A stretch of DNA of 56,650 nucleotides from Eubacteriales bacterium (lineage in GTDB: Bacteria; Bacillota; Clostridia; Oscillospirales; CAG-272): positions 1 through 56,650 of the forward strand of contig JAZNTT010000029.1 in assembly GCA_045591885.1 (NCBI GenBank), in the 5' to 3' direction. Shown here in pieces: positions 55,759-56,650 of the stretch. The notes under the pieces were generated by a model, which had not been told where the DNA came from, searched no databases, and worked only from the letters and a program-made list of their open reading frames with translations. Position 1 is the first letter of the stretch. Every line of letters begins with the position of its first letter. Position numbers and translations under genes: made by a program.

Positions 55759-56650
55759 ATGAATATGGAATTTTACCGCAAATTACCGATACCGAAGGAC
55801 ATAAAGGAGCAGTACCCCCTTACCGCCGACCTCGCCGCGATCAAGACCGCCGAGGACGAGGAGATAAGAAAGGTGTTCACGGGCGAGTCGAATAAATTCA
55901 TGCTCGTAATCGGCCCCTGCTCTGCCGATAACGAGGATTCGGTAATTGATTATATATCGCGTCTGCGCAAGGTACAGGACAAGGTTTCGGATAAGATCGT
56001 AATAGTACCGAGAATATATACGAATAAACCGAGAACGACAGGCGAAGGATATAAAGGAATGCTCCATCAGCCGAATCCGAACGAGCGTCCCGATATGCTG
56101 AAGGGCATAATCGCGATCCGCGCGCTTCACATGAGAGCGCTTAAGGAAACGGGCTTCTCCTGCGCCGACGAAATGCTCTATCCCGAAAACCACCGCTACC
56201 TCTCCGACGTCCTTTCCTACGTCGCAGTCGGAGCGCGCTCAGTCGAGGACCAGCAGCACCGTCTCTGCGCAAGCGGACTTGACATTCCCTGCGGAATGAA
56301 GAACCCGACGAGCGGTGACATCTCAATAATGCTAAACTCAATAGTTGCCGCACAGCATTCGCACACCTTCATCTACCGCGGCTGGGAGGTAAAATCCCTC
56401 GGCAACCCCTTCGCACACGCGATCCTCCGCGGCTACGTAACCCGCCACGGACAGTCGATGTCTAACTATCATTACGAGGATCTAAGCGGACTTGCGGAAA
56501 CTTACGCGAAGAGCGGACTTAAAAATCCCGCGCTTATCGTTGACACGAACCATGCAAACTCCGGCAAGAAATTCCTTGAGCAGATAAGAATCGCGAAGGA
56601 GGTTCTCCACAGCACACGTCATAACGATGATGTCAAAAAGCTCGTCAAGG
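55759..56650 (+). CDS. 3-deoxy-7-phosphoheptulonate (DAHP) synthase, class I-alpha (3' end runs off window)
   Basis: Manual translation: MNMEFYRKLPIP...IGPCS...RIYTNKPRTTGEGYKG...VGARS.EDQQHR..ASG...GMKNPTSG...H.ILRG...VDTNHANS.K; AAAGGA RBS. Confidence 0.93.
   Translation, partial: MNMEFYRKLPIPKDIKEQYPLTADLAAIKTAEDEEIRKVFTGESNKFMLVIGPCSADNEDSVIDYISRLRKVQDKVSDKIVIVPRIYTNKPRTTGEGYKGMLHQPNPNERPDMLKGIIAIRALHMRALKETGFSCADEMLYPENHRYLSDVLSYVAVGARSVEDQQHRLCASGLDIPCGMKNPTSGDISIMLNSIVAAQHSHTFIYRGWEVKSLGNPFAHAILRGYVTRHGQSMSNYHYEDLSGLAETYAKSGLKNPALIVDTNHANSGKKFLEQIRIAKEVLHSTRHNDDVKKLVK

Overview
Chromosomal segment of a spore-forming Clostridia-class bacterium (Oscillospirales-like by gene content; inference). 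Housekeeping and sporulation genes: isocitrate/isopropylmalate dehydrogenase, tsaD, rimI, dCMP deaminase, a stand-alone trpB under a Trp T-box, a GerA/SpoVAF-family gene, pgeF, a P-type ATPase under a yybP-ykoY riboswitch, spoIIGA-sigE-dpaA-dpaB, rsmI, and a pheA-aroB-aroC-aroE/K-aroA-tyrA-DAHP synthase operon. Accessory blocks: a solute-binding lipoprotein plus two DUF4091/GH123-like lipoproteins; HEPN with a degenerate MNT and an orphan MazF; a cohesin/dockerin surface-protein pair; and a Wzm/Wzt glycopolymer locus with no priming transferase. Directly upstream of that locus is a four-gene cassette (HPrK-like kinase, PqqD/RRE, S24/S26 peptidase, nucleotidyltransferase) with no precursor peptide or cyclase, which is my best candidate for an undescribed system. 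Intergenic regions carry several families of small palindromic (REP-like) repeats, some nested. I saw no rRNA, tRNA, CRISPR array or transposase. All calls come from reading motifs by eye; no database searches were run.
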